Notes: generated by a model not told the origin, from the letters alone. 44,702 bases of DNA from Octopus sinensis (GCF_006345805.1 NW_021835877.1:1-44702); one strand, 5' to 3'; numbered from the stretch's first letter, positions 24,270 to 37,042 are shown. Made by a program: numbers and translations.

Positions 24270-24500
24270 TATTTCTTTACTACCCACAAGGGGCTACACA
24301 CAGAGGGGATAAACAAGGACAGGCAAACATATAAAATCGATTATATCGATCCCAGTGCGTAACTGGTACTTATTTAATCGACCCCGAAAGGATGAAATGC
24401 AAAGTCGACCTCGACGGAATTTGAACTCAGAACGTATCGACAGACGAAATACCGCTGAGCATTTCGCCCGGTGCGCTAACATTTCTGCCAGCTCGCCGCC
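24270..24500 (-). mobile_element. Full-length SINE-A with tail A2 and 16-bp TSD
   Basis: TSD TTTTCTTCATAATTCT (24254-24269) / TTTTCTTTATAATTCT (24501-24516), one mismatch. This defines the ends as GGCGGCGAGCTGGC...GTAGTAAAGAAATA. Confidence 0.92.
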
Positions 24501-25614
24501 TTTTCTTTATAATTCTGCCTCCTCTCGTCCCTCGAATGTGTGGCCCGTTAGACCATTGAACTAAATAGTACTTTTTGCTCTATGAGCTGTGAGTTCAAAT
24601 CCTGCCAATGTCAAAATTGCTGTCATTTTTTCGGAGCTGTTGAAAACGAATTCCAGTCTAGGATCGGTTGTGTCTGTGCTGGGGGCGTCAGTGGCACTGG
24701 TGGGGAGGTTGGCGGCAGCGACAATGGTGGTGGTGGTGGTGGTGGTGGTGTTGGTAGTGTTAGGAGTGGTGGTTGGTTGCTTGAGTCTTTTGGTGAAAAA
24801 TCTCTTGATCCCTAGAAGTAGAGCCAGGAGTGACTTTCTGGCCCCTTACAATGACACGTTGTGAGACACATGACAGGCTCACTTTGAACTGAAGTAGCCA
24901 AAGGAATGTTTAGGGGTCGAGGTTCATCGGGTGTCTTCAACGTATGAGATGGTCCGTTTGATAAAAAGATAAACAACAACTGTCCCCTTCCATCACAGCG
25001 AAACCCCGTTACAGGAACAGCAACAACAGCAACAGCAACAAGGCATGATGGTATGGTGGGGTGGTGTATGTGGTGGTGTTGCGACCAGGGCTGATACTGG
25101 TCCTTGTCATCTCAATTAAAGTAGACCCCTATTTGTTCATAAATAAATACTTAAGGATAGGGAATTGAAAAGTAAGGGTTTTCAAGTGGTTTATGAAGAT
25201 AACTGGAATGAAAAAGGATCGCCGTGATTTATAACAATTATAAACCCTCGGCCAGAAAGTAACGCGATACGGTTTCGATTCTCCGGAGTGAACTTGTCAG
25301 ATAATTTTACATCAAAGAGAGAGATACTCGCCATAGGTTTTGTTTTTTTTACTTCGATTTTAGCAGAGAGAATAAGCAGTGTCCATGACACCTTGCAGGT
25401 GGGTCTGCGGCACTGTGGAGCTGGAGGGAGGGGAGGAGTGAGGGAGAAAGCCACCAATTGGCCAACTGTTATTTGGGTCTTATCTTAAGTCGACACTGAT
25501 CGAACCTTGATCTTCTTAACCATTCGAGCATAATGTCTCTCTCTTTCTCGCATTGTCTCTGCCTCTCTCTCTCTCGCTCGTTCTCTCCACACAAACGCAC
25601 ACATACATACATAG

Positions 25615-25646
<32 letters not shown>

Positions 25647-26599
25647 GCACGAACACACACATACATACACACGTACACATACAAGGGAGAGATTGAATGA
25701 GAGATATTTCCTTCTGTATATGATAATGTTTGAAAGGCTGAACGTGGGGAAGGGGGTGACGTTAGCTAGATATATACACTGATAAACATAGGCGTGAGTA
25801 TAAGCGTGTGTGTGTGTGTGTGTGTGAGTGAGTGTGTGTGTGTGTGCGTGTTGTGTGTGTGTGTGTGTGCAATTAGTATTTACTAGTTTGTTACATTTAG
25901 CTCGGTAAGTATGTATGCATGTATGTATGTGTGTGTATGTAGTAATGCATGTCTATCATCTACGTAGATATGCAACTATATAGATTGATAGAGAGAGAGA
26001 GAGAGATAGAGAGAGGGAGAGACAGACAGACAGACAGACAGAACAGACAGACTGACAGACAGACAAACAGACAGATGTATGTGAGCGTGTGTGTGTATAT
26101 ATATATATAATATATATATGTAATAAGTACATACGTATGCATACGTATCAAGGCAGGATGACCAGCCGTTGGCCCACCCGTCACTCGCCACCCGTCTCCC
26201 CACTCCCCCCACCCGACCCATCCTGTTACGGTCGGTGTTGGTAAAGTGAAATGGAAGGGTGATCACCAAGGGAGCATCCATCTGGCACCATCCATCCTGT
26301 AGGCACCACCGGAAGGAAGTGAACCCACCTTTTGGCGACTCTACCCATCGCCAGGAGGAGGAGAAGGAGGAGGAGGAGGCAGAGGGGAGAGGGGGCAGGG
26401 GTGGACTTTGTCTTCCGTAGATTGAGTAGCTGGGGGTGGAATGCTGAGATGTGGGGTATGGGGGAGCAGGTCGAAGAGTGATGACAGTCAGTTTTAAGCC
26501 CATGGCTAGTTGGCTGGTCATTTGAACCAAGAAACGGGCAGCAATTGGATTTCAACCGAAATGTTGGACAAGAAACACACATACACACACGCACGCACA

Positions 26600-26695
26600 T
26601 GTGCATCGGGCTTCCGCGCAGTTTCTGTCAACTAAATTCACTCGCGAGAATTTTTGTCGGCCGAGGCTACTGCAGAAGACATTCGACCAAACTTA
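26600..26695 (-). mobile_element. SINE-C head fragment
   Basis: CGGGCTTCCGCGCAGTTTCTGTCAACTAAATTCACTC...GTCGGCCGAGGCTACTGCAGAAGAC matches 18507-18585. Confidence 0.7.
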
Positions 26696-26753
26696 CAAAA
26701 ACGTAAACCAACTTACACCGATTGTCAAGTGGAAAAAGCCACTCACACACATA

Positions 26754-26798
<45 letters not shown>

Positions 26799-26956
26799 TT
26801 CTAAGCTATTTCTTCTCTTCTCCAGTTCTTGTCTGGATTCGAACCCGTTCCTTCCTGCAATGCACACCATTAGCTCTCGTCGTTGTTCAAATACATAACC
26901 ACTACGACTACCATCGCTATTCCTTCCAATACTATAAAACCACTGGCACCAAAACC

Positions 26957-26996
<40 letters not shown>

Positions 26997-26997
26997 T

Positions 26998-27031
<34 letters not shown>

Positions 27032-27824
27032 GCTGATGCTGTTGCTGCTGCTAAGACAACCTACAAAACACCACTAACAGCTCTACTGCACCACTGAAAA
27101 CACCACCACCACCACCACCACATCACTGACATAAGGATTGCCTCGAACATCCCCATCACACCAATAGCACTACTACTACTACTACTACTATTAATGCTAC
27201 TACCACTACTACTACTAACACCACATACAATACAACTAACTATAATATTATCAATACCATTAACACTACCACTAGTCCCACCACTACAACCACACCTACT
27301 ACCACCAACACCACCCCATCCCTCCCCTTCACTATCGCCTCCCTCCCCATCACAACTGTCACCGCCGTCACCGCCTTCTCCAAAAGAGAAATAATTTTAA
27401 AAACTCCGGAAATTTCAATTTATGATCCAGCTTAAGCAATTTCCTCAAAACCTCCATTTCCACCCCTGAGGGGCAAAGAAACCCCAGCAAAACCTCTACC
27501 CACCAACCTTAACATTTCCCCCCGCCTCCCATGGCACTATTGCTAACTCCTTCCACATCACCACCACCGTCATCATCATCAACAACAACAACAACAACAT
27601 CCCAATTAACAGAAACTACATATTTAATATATTAAATATTGATTTTATTTTTTGTGTGGTTTAATTTATTAAGTTGTCTTAGATGGCAATCTTGGGTTCC
27701 TGGGTTCGATTCCAGGTGGAACGAATTTCATATTTCTACCATTAAAGGACTGGAAATTACAGAAAGAATTTACTGTTTGGATTATCAGGTATCAGCAGAA
27801 GAACCTGGTCTCGGCCACCACGAC

Positions 27825-28005
27825 CCTTGGCTTCGTAGTTAGGATGTTAGATCCGTGATCGCAAGAATATGGTTTCGATTCCTGTACCCGGCGGCGATGC
27901 GTCGTGTTCTTGGGCAAAACACTTTGTTTCATGTTGCTCCAGTGTCCACTCAACTATCGAAGATGAGTTATCCCGCGACGGACCGGAGTTCCGTCCAGAG
28001 AGAAA
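27825..28005 (+). mobile_element. SINE-D-like element (tRNA head plus central domain)
   Basis: A-box-like TGGCTTCGTAG, B box GGTTTCGATTCC (27871-27882), then GTGTTCTTGGGCAAAACACTTTGTTTCATGTTGCTCCAG. Confidence 0.75.
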
Positions 28006-28229
28006 TATATGTGCCAAGGAAATCGAGATACCGGGGATCTTCTTGCTCTCCCCGTCCATTGAGGAAATGCACAGCCAGTGGACGTTCCGAAGATGGTTGC
28101 CAAAATACATGCAATAAAATGAAGCCCGATAACGATTATACACAACGATCCAAATTTCGAGGGGTTAAAGGTCAAAATGCTTTAAATATATAATACTTAG
28201 TTCGGAGTAAAAGTGCTGCAAAGCATTTT

Positions 28230-28660
28230 AAGTGGCTGCCTGAATCGTTTGTGCAACGGACAAACTGCTCGGCGGCATCTCTTCTAGCTCTTTACGTCCT
28301 GAGTTCAAATTCTGCCGATGTTCTCTTTGCCTTTCATCCTTTCGGGGTCAATAAAACACGTACCTATTTCTTTACTACCCACAAGGGGCTAAACACAGAG
28401 AGAACAAACAAAGACAGACAAACGGATTAAGTCGATTATATCGACCCCAGTGTGTAACTGGTACTTATTTAATTGACCCCGAAAGGATGAAAAGCAAAGT
28501 CGACCTCGGCGGAATTTGAACTCAGAACGTAGCGGCAGACGAAATACCGCGTGGCATTTCGCCCAACGTGCTAACGATTCTGCCAGCTCGCTGCCTTATC
28601 TTCCTCAAGTACCAGTGGCGCACTGGATTCAATGTAATCGACACACACCCTCCTTTCAAA
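28230..28660 (+). mobile_element. Older SINE-A (host) split at 28364/28607 by an antisense SINE-A
   Basis: Host body ends ..GGGGTCAATAAAACACGTACC and resumes AAGTACCAGTGGCGCACTGGATTCAATGTAATCGAC. Confidence 0.8.
28365..28597 (-). mobile_element. Full-length SINE-A with tail A2, nested in a SINE-A
   Basis: Highly similar by eye to 24270-24500; GTACC is duplicated at 28360-28364 and 28609-28613. Confidence 0.9.
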
Positions 28661-28759
28661 TTGATGGTTTTGATAAAAAAATGGACACCAATATTGCGAG
28701 ATATTTTATAAAATTGTTTCACCGATATTACTGTTTATCGCCCTTGTGGATGGCTAAAA

Positions 28760-29120
28760 TATTATGGCTCCAATGTTTGGGAAGTCGTGCCAATAGCTAT
28801 TTAGAAATATGGGAGGTAGTGCAAATAGCCATATAAAACCATGGGAGGTAGTGCCAACAGTTATTTAGAACTAGAAAATATTGTGCCAATACTTAAATAC
28901 GAATATAAGAGGTTGTGAAGAATAGGATGGATTTCAAATAGCCATATAGAAATATGGAATGTGACGCCAATAAATATTTTAAAATATGGAATATAGCGAC
29001 AATAGTCATTTTGTAACGTGGAATGTAGTGCCGGTAACCAATTAGGAGTATGGGATATAGTGCCAATAGCCATTTAAAAATCTGGTATAATCGTGTAGTC
29101 AGTGGAAAATATGGCATGAA
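28760..29120. repeat. Degenerate 32-bp minisatellite (about 11 copies)
   Basis: GTGC(C/A)AA(T/C)A anchors at 28787, 28819, 28851 and 28883; consensus approximately GTGCCAATAGCCATTTAGAAATATGGGAGGTA. Confidence 0.85.
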
Positions 29121-29329
29121 GTGGCAGTACACATGTGTGTGTGTGTGTGTCTATGTTGTAATAAAAACAATTTTACATTAATAATAACACACACACACAC
29201 ACACATATATATATATGTGTGTGTATATATACACACGTAGATACAGATAAAGATATATGCATGCATACATACACACACAAATATATATTCATATACATAG
29301 ATCGATATATGTATAATGACATTTATACG

Positions 29330-29362
<33 letters not shown>

Positions 29363-29363
29363 G

Positions 29364-29400
<37 letters not shown>

Positions 29401-29820
29401 ATATAATATATATATATGTCTAGACATATATACACACCACAGATTATAAAGATAAATGCACACATACGCCCATATATTTTTATTTATACACATACATACA
29501 TAGATACGCACACACATGTATATATATATTATATATATATATATATATTATATATATATAATATATATATATATATATTGTGTGTGTGTGTCTGTGTGTA
29601 TGTGTGTGTGTGTGTGTGTGTGTGCGTGTGGTGTGTGTGTGATGCACAGCACTCAATGATACTTCAAACCATTGCAAGATTGGCAAACACTCAAGTACGC
29701 ACTACTACAAATGTTTCCCCCCCCCCTACTCGTCTGCACCCCACCCTTTCGTCCCCCCAACTCACACCCACCACCACCATCACCACCAACAACAACAACA
29801 CCATTCTGTACAACATCATC

Positions 29821-29852
<32 letters not shown>

Positions 29853-30747
29853 CATCATTCACCTGTGTTTTCTTATCTTCTCCAGAAATAATACCCACCT
29901 GTTATTATCTTCTATAGAAACACCCACCTGTTTTTTTCCTTGAAAAATGTTTTTTTTTCTTTTTATTTATTCTTAGCACTGGTTTTTTTTTGTGTGTGTG
30001 TTTTTGTTACCTTTTTCCCCAGTTATCTTTTGCTCTCTTGTATTTGCGATACTCCATATTTCTTGCGTATTTCTTCGATATTTTTCTTTGGCGGGGAGGG
30101 AGGGAGGCGTCTGTCTGTGTGATGTACCTGTTATCTTTTTCTGCCTGTCTGTCTGTCTGTCAGTCTGTCTTTATGTCTGTCTTCTTCACCTTCGCCACCT
30201 TCATCATCATCATCATCATCCTCATCGTCATCGTTCGTTTTCCTTTGAAATTTCTTAAATAAAAAATAAAACATAACGATAAGAGAACAATAACAACAAT
30301 AAAAACAATAAAATAAAACATAAAAAGAAAAGGAAAAAAACTTTAACAAAAAGTGTAATAAAAAATATTAATAATATTAATATTACTAATAAGAAAAAAG
30401 GAAACGGTGGTGGTGGTCGTGGTGGCGCGGCGGTGGTGGTGATGTGGCAGATAGATAACTGCTTTCAAGTAACAATGTACTTGGGTTATTTATAAATATT
30501 ACTTTCTAATAGTTACACACACACACACACACACACATACATACACAGACACACACACACACATATACATACACACACGCACGTACACGCCCATACGTAC
30601 ACATTCACAGACATGCTTTGACTGCCTTACCTGATAATCACACCTAAATACACACACACACTTATTTAGTACTATAAGACATTCTGTATGGCAAAATGCC
30701 ATGCAGAAAGTTTACAGTAAAACGCGAAAAAATTTAGAGATAAGTAG

Positions 30748-30886
30748 ATGATGATGATGATAATGATGGTGGTGGTGGTGGTGGTGGTGGTGATGATGAT
30801 GGTGATGATGATGATGATGAGGATGATGATGATGATGGTGATGATGATGAGGATGATGATGATGATGGTGGTGGTGGTGATGATGG

Positions 30887-30917
<31 letters not shown>

Positions 30918-30927
30918 GATGAGGATG

Positions 30928-30961
<34 letters not shown>

Positions 30962-30966
30962 GGATG

Positions 30967-31000
<34 letters not shown>

Positions 31001-31131
31001 GGATGATGATAATGATGACGATGATGACGATGATGATGACGATGATGGTGATGGTGATGATGATGGTGATGATGATGATGGTGATGATGGTGATGATGAT
31101 GATGCTGATGATGATGATGGTGATGATGATG

Positions 31132-31163
<32 letters not shown>

Positions 31164-31230
31164 GATGATGGTGATGATGGTGATGATGATGATGATGATG
31201 ATGATTATGATGATGGTGGTGGTGATGATT
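30748..31230. repeat. Long (GAT)n/(GGT)n trinucleotide tract
   Basis: Direct reading; source of the poly-Met ORF. Confidence 0.95.
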
Positions 31231-31544
31231 TTGTTGTTGTTATAAGAAGTGGTAAGGTCGTTGACGGCAGCAGTGGTGGCGGTGATGGTTGTGTTGGTGA
31301 TGCTGATGGTGATGGTGTTGGTGGTGGTTTGATAGTTATACGAATGGACCGATTGACTAACGAGTATATCTTTATCTTTATCTATTTATTTCACCCTCTC
31401 TCTTTCTCTCACTTTCTCTATCTCTGACTCTGTCTACATACAAACACACATACATACACATATATATACACACACACATATATATGCGTGTCTATGTGTG
31501 TGTTCTTGCTCCACTTGAAGTAAGGGCACACACGAAGACGAAGA

Positions 31545-31590
31545 GAGTCGCTGAAGAGGTCACAGATGTGTGACGAAAGATTTCCGGACA
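31545..31590 (+). ncRNA. Minimal type-I hammerhead-like motif
   Basis: GUCG-CUGAAGA (31551-31557)-G-GUCACA/GAUG/UGUGAC-GAAA (31575-31578)-GAUUUC-CGGAC: perfect 6-bp stem II, weak stem III, stem I GUCG/CGGAC with a bulge. Confidence 0.55.
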
Positions 31591-31764
31591 ATGGACATGA
31601 GTTACAATAAGGACAGCAATAAACGAGTGAAGAACGAATATATACAGCGCGTGTGTTTATTTGGCAAAAAAAATGACCGTCCCAAAACACAACAATGATT
31701 CAACACGCGATTTCACATCAGGAGTCTTACAACACAAATTCCTAAAGTCGTATATACATACATA

Positions 31765-31842
<78 letters not shown>

Positions 31843-31889
31843 TATATATATACAATATTATATACATATATATTACATATATATATACA

Positions 31890-32220
31890 TAACGGGAAGC
31901 TTTATGAAAATAAACAAAAGACGAAGGCAGGTGGAAAAACAAACGAACAATTGTATTAGTATGGCGCTCAGGAAATATAAATAAAACAGTCTTTAACGTT
32001 CGAGCCTACGCTCTTCAACAGAAAGATACACAGAGAGAGAAAAACACAGAAAGAAGAGAGAAAAAAAATGCGTGCAGTAGCTAACGAATCAACATGGCGA
32101 TCTGATTTCGGCCAGAGGTCAAAGATCAAACATGAGACGCGAGAGCGAAATAAAGGGAGATAATAGGGTTGATAAACGGGTTTTGAGGACAGCTAAAAGT
32201 GGTGGGAGGGTCTGGATGTG
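31890..32220 (-). mobile_element. Penelope-pLTR-like fragment with a variant hammerhead (CUGUUGA core)
   Basis: Minus strand UCUUU-CUGUUGA-A-GAGC-GUAG-GCUC-GAA-C-GUU-AAAGA (31989-32026): 5-bp stem I and 4-bp stem II. Flank CCTGAGCGCCATACTAATAC is homologous to 10005-10155; abuts (TA)n. Confidence 0.55.
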
Positions 32221-32816
32221 GTATGTATAGGGTTGGGTATGTATTAGTATGTATAAGGGTGTTGTGTGTGGTGGTGTGTGTATGAGAGAGTTTAGTGCGT
32301 AAGATTGGTCTGGACGTGCGTATGTATGGGTTGGTGTTGTGTATGTATTAGTATGTATTAGTATGTATTAGTACGTATTGGTATGTATAGGTATGTGTGT
32401 GTGTGTGTGAGAGAGTATAAGTGCGTATGCGGGGCTGGACGTGTGTATGTATAGGGTTGGTGTAAGTATTAAGTATGTACTAGTATGTATTAGTACGTAT
32501 AGTATGTATTAGTTGGGTGTGTGTATTAGTATGGCAAATTATGTGATGTGTGATGTGTTAAAGTCATGTGTGTGTAGTGAGGAGAAGAGGGGGGAGGGGG
32601 GAGAAATAAATATATATATATATATAATGTATATACACACACACACACACACATTTGTACATTATCTAATACCCGATGGTGTTCTGCAGAATTTCTGTCA
32701 AGCAGACATCGCGCGCGAGCAATGCTTTGGTGAATGCTAAACTATTAAGAATAGTTTATCTAAAATCTTGGGAGTAACTGGTGGTGTTATACCTACTTAA
32801 TGTAATGCGCGCGCGT

Positions 32817-32877
<61 letters not shown>

Positions 32878-33799
32878 TGTGTGCTGTACCGCTCACATGG
32901 GTTTTCCTTGTATTGTGAAACTGTAAATTGAGATTCAGCTGTGTGATGAATGAAGCTAATCTGTGGCTGTTAACACTTTCTCAACAGTCTGACATGCACA
33001 TTCACACACACACACATACACACAGACACATACACACAGACACACGCACAAACACATACACACATACACATACACACAGACACACACACGCACACACACA
33101 CATAACTCTCACTTTCTCACTCTCTCTTTATCTATCTATATATCTATATCTATCTATCTATCTATATTATATATATATATATATATAATATATATATATA
33201 TATATTAATATTTATATATAATATATATATATATATATATAATATACATATATATATTTATATTATATTATATATATATATTATATATATAGATATATAA
33301 TATATATATATATAATATAAACATATATATATATATATATATATATATAGGCATATATAAATATACATATACACATATATGCATGTATATGTATGTGTGT
33401 GTGAATAAATATATGTGAATATATGTGTGTGTGCCTGTGGGTGTATACTAATACATATAAATGTGCATACGCATGCATGAAACATTTACACAGTCAAATA
33501 TATTTATATGCGTAAGCACACACATACACACATACACACACACATACACACACACATACACACACATACATATAGATGTATGTATGTTTCTGCTATATGA
33601 TGCCATGCACTCATAGCTGATATACAAACATTCAACTATGATTGCATTGCTTCACAAAGCAGAAACATCTGTAAGCCAGTGAAACACCTGGCATAATTTG
33701 TTTCATCATTCTAATTTCTTGTTGTTGTTCTGTTTATGAATGACGCTTCGTTCTGAAGCGTATGTATACTGAGTTCGAGCACCAGGGTGTTAGTATCGC

Positions 33800-33954
33800 T
33801 TGGTGGCTGCGTGGTAAGAAGCTTACTTCCCAACCACATGGTTCCGGGTTCAGTCCCCGGGGTGGCAACTTGAGCAAGTGTCTTCTACTATAACCTCGGA
33901 CCAACCAAAGCCCTGTGAGCGAATTTGGTAGATGGACACTGAAAGAAGCCCGCC
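33800..33954 (+). mobile_element. SINE-C head (5' half of an element completed at 34413-34619)
   Basis: GTGGCTGCGTGGTAAGAAGCTTACTTCCCAACCACATGGTTCCGGGTTCAGTCCC...GAAAGAAGCCCG matches the 18266-18668 element. Confidence 0.88.
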
Positions 33955-33974
33955 ATATGAATATATATATATAG

Positions 33975-34011
<37 letters not shown>

Positions 34012-34044
34012 ATATATATATCATATATATATATATATATATAT

Positions 34045-34410
34045 AGTTTAGATTCCGATGAATATGGTACTTAAGTTGAGGCACAAGAATTTAGTATGTT
34101 ATTATCCATACAATTTCAAAATGTGATGAGAATCAAAATAAGCAACAAGGATATCCAGAGGTAATGCAGTACGATCGTTTCTTGCAACTCCATTTAATTG
34201 AACAATGTAACCATTACATCAATTTAAAAGCAGAGCAATCCCCAGCTACACAAAGACATAGAATTTAATTAAATTAAAACAGATGGACACATTAGTATAA
34301 TTTTGCCTAAAACCTCCCAGACGTTAAGGGGATAGACAAAGAACATTGTTGCCCTTCCTTCCACTTAGAAGCTATTAAGTTATCAGGAAGATACCTTAGT
34401 ACACTTTGCT
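34045..34410 (-). mobile_element. Hammerhead-bearing (Penelope-like) insert in the internal (TA)n of a SINE-C
   Basis: Non-SINE sequence between the C head/(TA)n and tail F; contains the HHR motif at 34166-34249. Confidence 0.55.
34166..34249 (-). ncRNA. Type-I hammerhead motif with A6-to-G core change
   Basis: GUAG-CUGGGGA-UUGC...(long insert)...GCAA-GAAAC-GAUC-GUA-CUGC: stem I GUAG/CUGC, stem II UUGC/GCAA, palindromic stem III ACGAUCGU, GUA triplet. Confidence 0.6.
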
Positions 34411-34412
34411 AA

Positions 34413-34619
34413 GTGTCTCTTTGCGTCTGTTTATTCCATTCACCATTGCAGGACAACTGATGTTGGCGTGTTTACGTCTCCGTGACTTAGTGGTTCGACA
34501 AAAGGGTACGATAGAATAAGTACTAGGCTTACAAAGAATAAGTCCTGGGGTCGATTTGTTCGACTAAAAGGCGGTGCTCCATCATGGCCGCCGTCAAATG
34601 ACTGAAACAAATAAAAGAA
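34413..34619 (+). mobile_element. Tail F (3' half of SINE-C)
   Basis: GATAGAATAAGTACTAGGCTTACAAAGAATAAGTCCTGGGGTCGATTTGTTCGACTAAAAGGCGGTGCTCCATCATGGCCGCCGTCAAATGACTGAAAC. Confidence 0.88.
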
Positions 34620-35056
34620 CACACACACACTCATACACACACACAAATATACATACATACATACATATATACATACATATATATATATATATAAGTATAT
34701 TTGTAAAGAGGTAACAGAGTATAATTATGCAACCACACTCATAAGGTAATACATATGTATGTATATATATATATGTGTATGTGTGTGTATATATATAAAT
34801 GCCTATATATATGTGTAATCCTATATGTGAGTACGTGTGTGTATATATATTTACATATATATATACACATCATAGTTGTCATTTACATATACAAATGTAT
34901 ATGTACACGAATATATATATATTAAATATATAATACATATATAATATATATAATTATATATATATATATATTATATATTAAATATATGCACTCATCCCCT
35001 ACCTAAACATATATATACATTAAGCATTCGCACATACAAACATACACACACGTAAT

Positions 35057-35106
<50 letters not shown>

Positions 35107-35819
35107 ATACATACAAAACATACACTCTTACATTCATTTATGCATTCGCACGCGTACATATATATACATCTATTCACCCACTCATACACACGTACATGTT
35201 GTTATGCTTTAAAAGTCGGCATCACTAATTAAGAGCAGTTGGTCTGAAATCACGTAACTCAAATAAACAAAACTCCTCTCACTATAAACAACTCTATGAA
35301 TGTGGCAAATGTTTGGCTGCGTTCGTCTCTCCAGCTTAAAGTTTGGCATGTTGTGAAAACGAGGCTTGATTACAAATGGCGCTGGCATGTTGGTAACGAT
35401 GATAGGTTGGGTTTTAATAATGACAAAATATATTAGACGTGGCATGATGCTTGTTAGTCATGTTAAGGAATTATAAATATTAGTGTTGTTGCTGTTGGTC
35501 TTTTTTGTGTTTTTTTTAATTAAAACATTAGGAAAGCTTTGGGGTTGGATTAAAAATAATGCTTGATTTGAATAATCCGGGTAAGGTTTACATTTTGTGA
35601 AATTTATAATATGGATAAAAGCAGACGATCGACAAAAAAAAATGAAGGAAAATTCATTACTGCAGTGTTTAAACGATGGGAAATAGTATTTTAGTGGTGT
35701 TATATGGGTTTGAGGCTGTTAAATTTTATACTAATCAGTATGATATTAGATTACGTTAATTTGGGAAGATTTTAGACAATGTGATATTTTTCATCATCCT
35801 CTGATATATTCGGACCTGT

Positions 35820-35960
35820 GAAGGTATGTGGCCCCATGATCTAATTCCCAGGCCGAGTGGCGTGTTGTGTCCTTGAGCAAGATACTTTATTTCTGCGATG
35901 CTCCTATCTACTCTGGTGAAAAAGAATACCAGCCGATTACCAGTGTAGTTGTTTCTCCCT
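35820..35960 (+). mobile_element. Degraded SINE-D-like fragment
   Basis: GGCGTGTTGTGTCCTTGAGCAAGATACTTTATTTC central domain. Confidence 0.6.
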
Positions 35961-36261
35961 GCACCAGTCACTTATTCGATGTTCAACTGGGACCGAGGAT
36001 GAGAGAGTCTAAAGGGTGTCTGTCTCTACTCGTAACAATATAAGCACCCATAACAACTAGTGAAAGTATACTACGTACCAGCAGGCCAAACTTGCTTGCG
36101 AGTGGCGGCTGTGGTCAGATTATATTCCGACTATTACCCACGTTTTATTATAATTCTTATAATCACAACATTTTGGTTATTTTGCCCTCCATCCTTCTTC
36201 AATGATTATCATAATTTCACACTGATATATTCAAACTCGTGATTTCATCTTCATTGATATA

Positions 36262-36307
36262 GTCACAACATTCCGGCCGAAGTATTCTCAAGCCTTCTTC
36301 AGGTGAT
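36262..36307 (-). ncRNA. Degenerate minimal hammerhead motif
   Basis: UCAC-CUGAAGA-A-GGC..GCC-GGAAU-GUU-GUGA: stems I and II are intact, but GAAAC has become GGAAU. Confidence 0.45.
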
Positions 36308-37011
36308 TGTCGTAATCGGTAAGACTCTATTGTAGTATTTAGACAATCTTCTATTATCTTTAGATGATCTTATTTGGTTGTATACAGTTCAGACTCTGAT
36401 ATAGTATTTAGGTGACCTGGTGTAGGGTCCAGAATTATCAGATAGAGTAGAGAAGCATTTTAGAAGATGGAACAACTTTAAAAGATGGATAAGTATTATT
36501 GATGTTGCTGCTGTTGGTGGTGTTCTTTGCTGTGTGCGTGTACAGAAGCCAAGTTCCATTTAGCTGGAGAATAAATTAAAATAGTTTAGCTACCTATCCC
36601 GTAAACATTTATTCCGCATCTGCATAGTGTAACAGAGAACATCAACCAACCACATGTAGTCCCTCGTGATATATATCACCACCACCACCACCACCAGCAA
36701 CATCACTGACAACAACAACAACAACAACAACAACAGCTACGACTTCGAAAACATGTTCTACAAACATTGATGTCTGTTCTGGAAAGATCTCTGTCAACGG
36801 AGAATAAAGTTTTCGTCAGTTTGAGTTAAATGTTGAGAAGTGATCACTTCCGGTTATATCGGAACATATGCACGTCCAACAGCTGAGCTCAGGTGAACAT
36901 ATATACGTGTATATATGAGTATGTATGTATATATGTGCATGTACATATTGAATGCGTGCGTAGTGTCTGTGTATATCTATGTATACAAGTATATATATAT
37001 ATATTATATAT

Positions 37012-37042
<31 letters not shown>

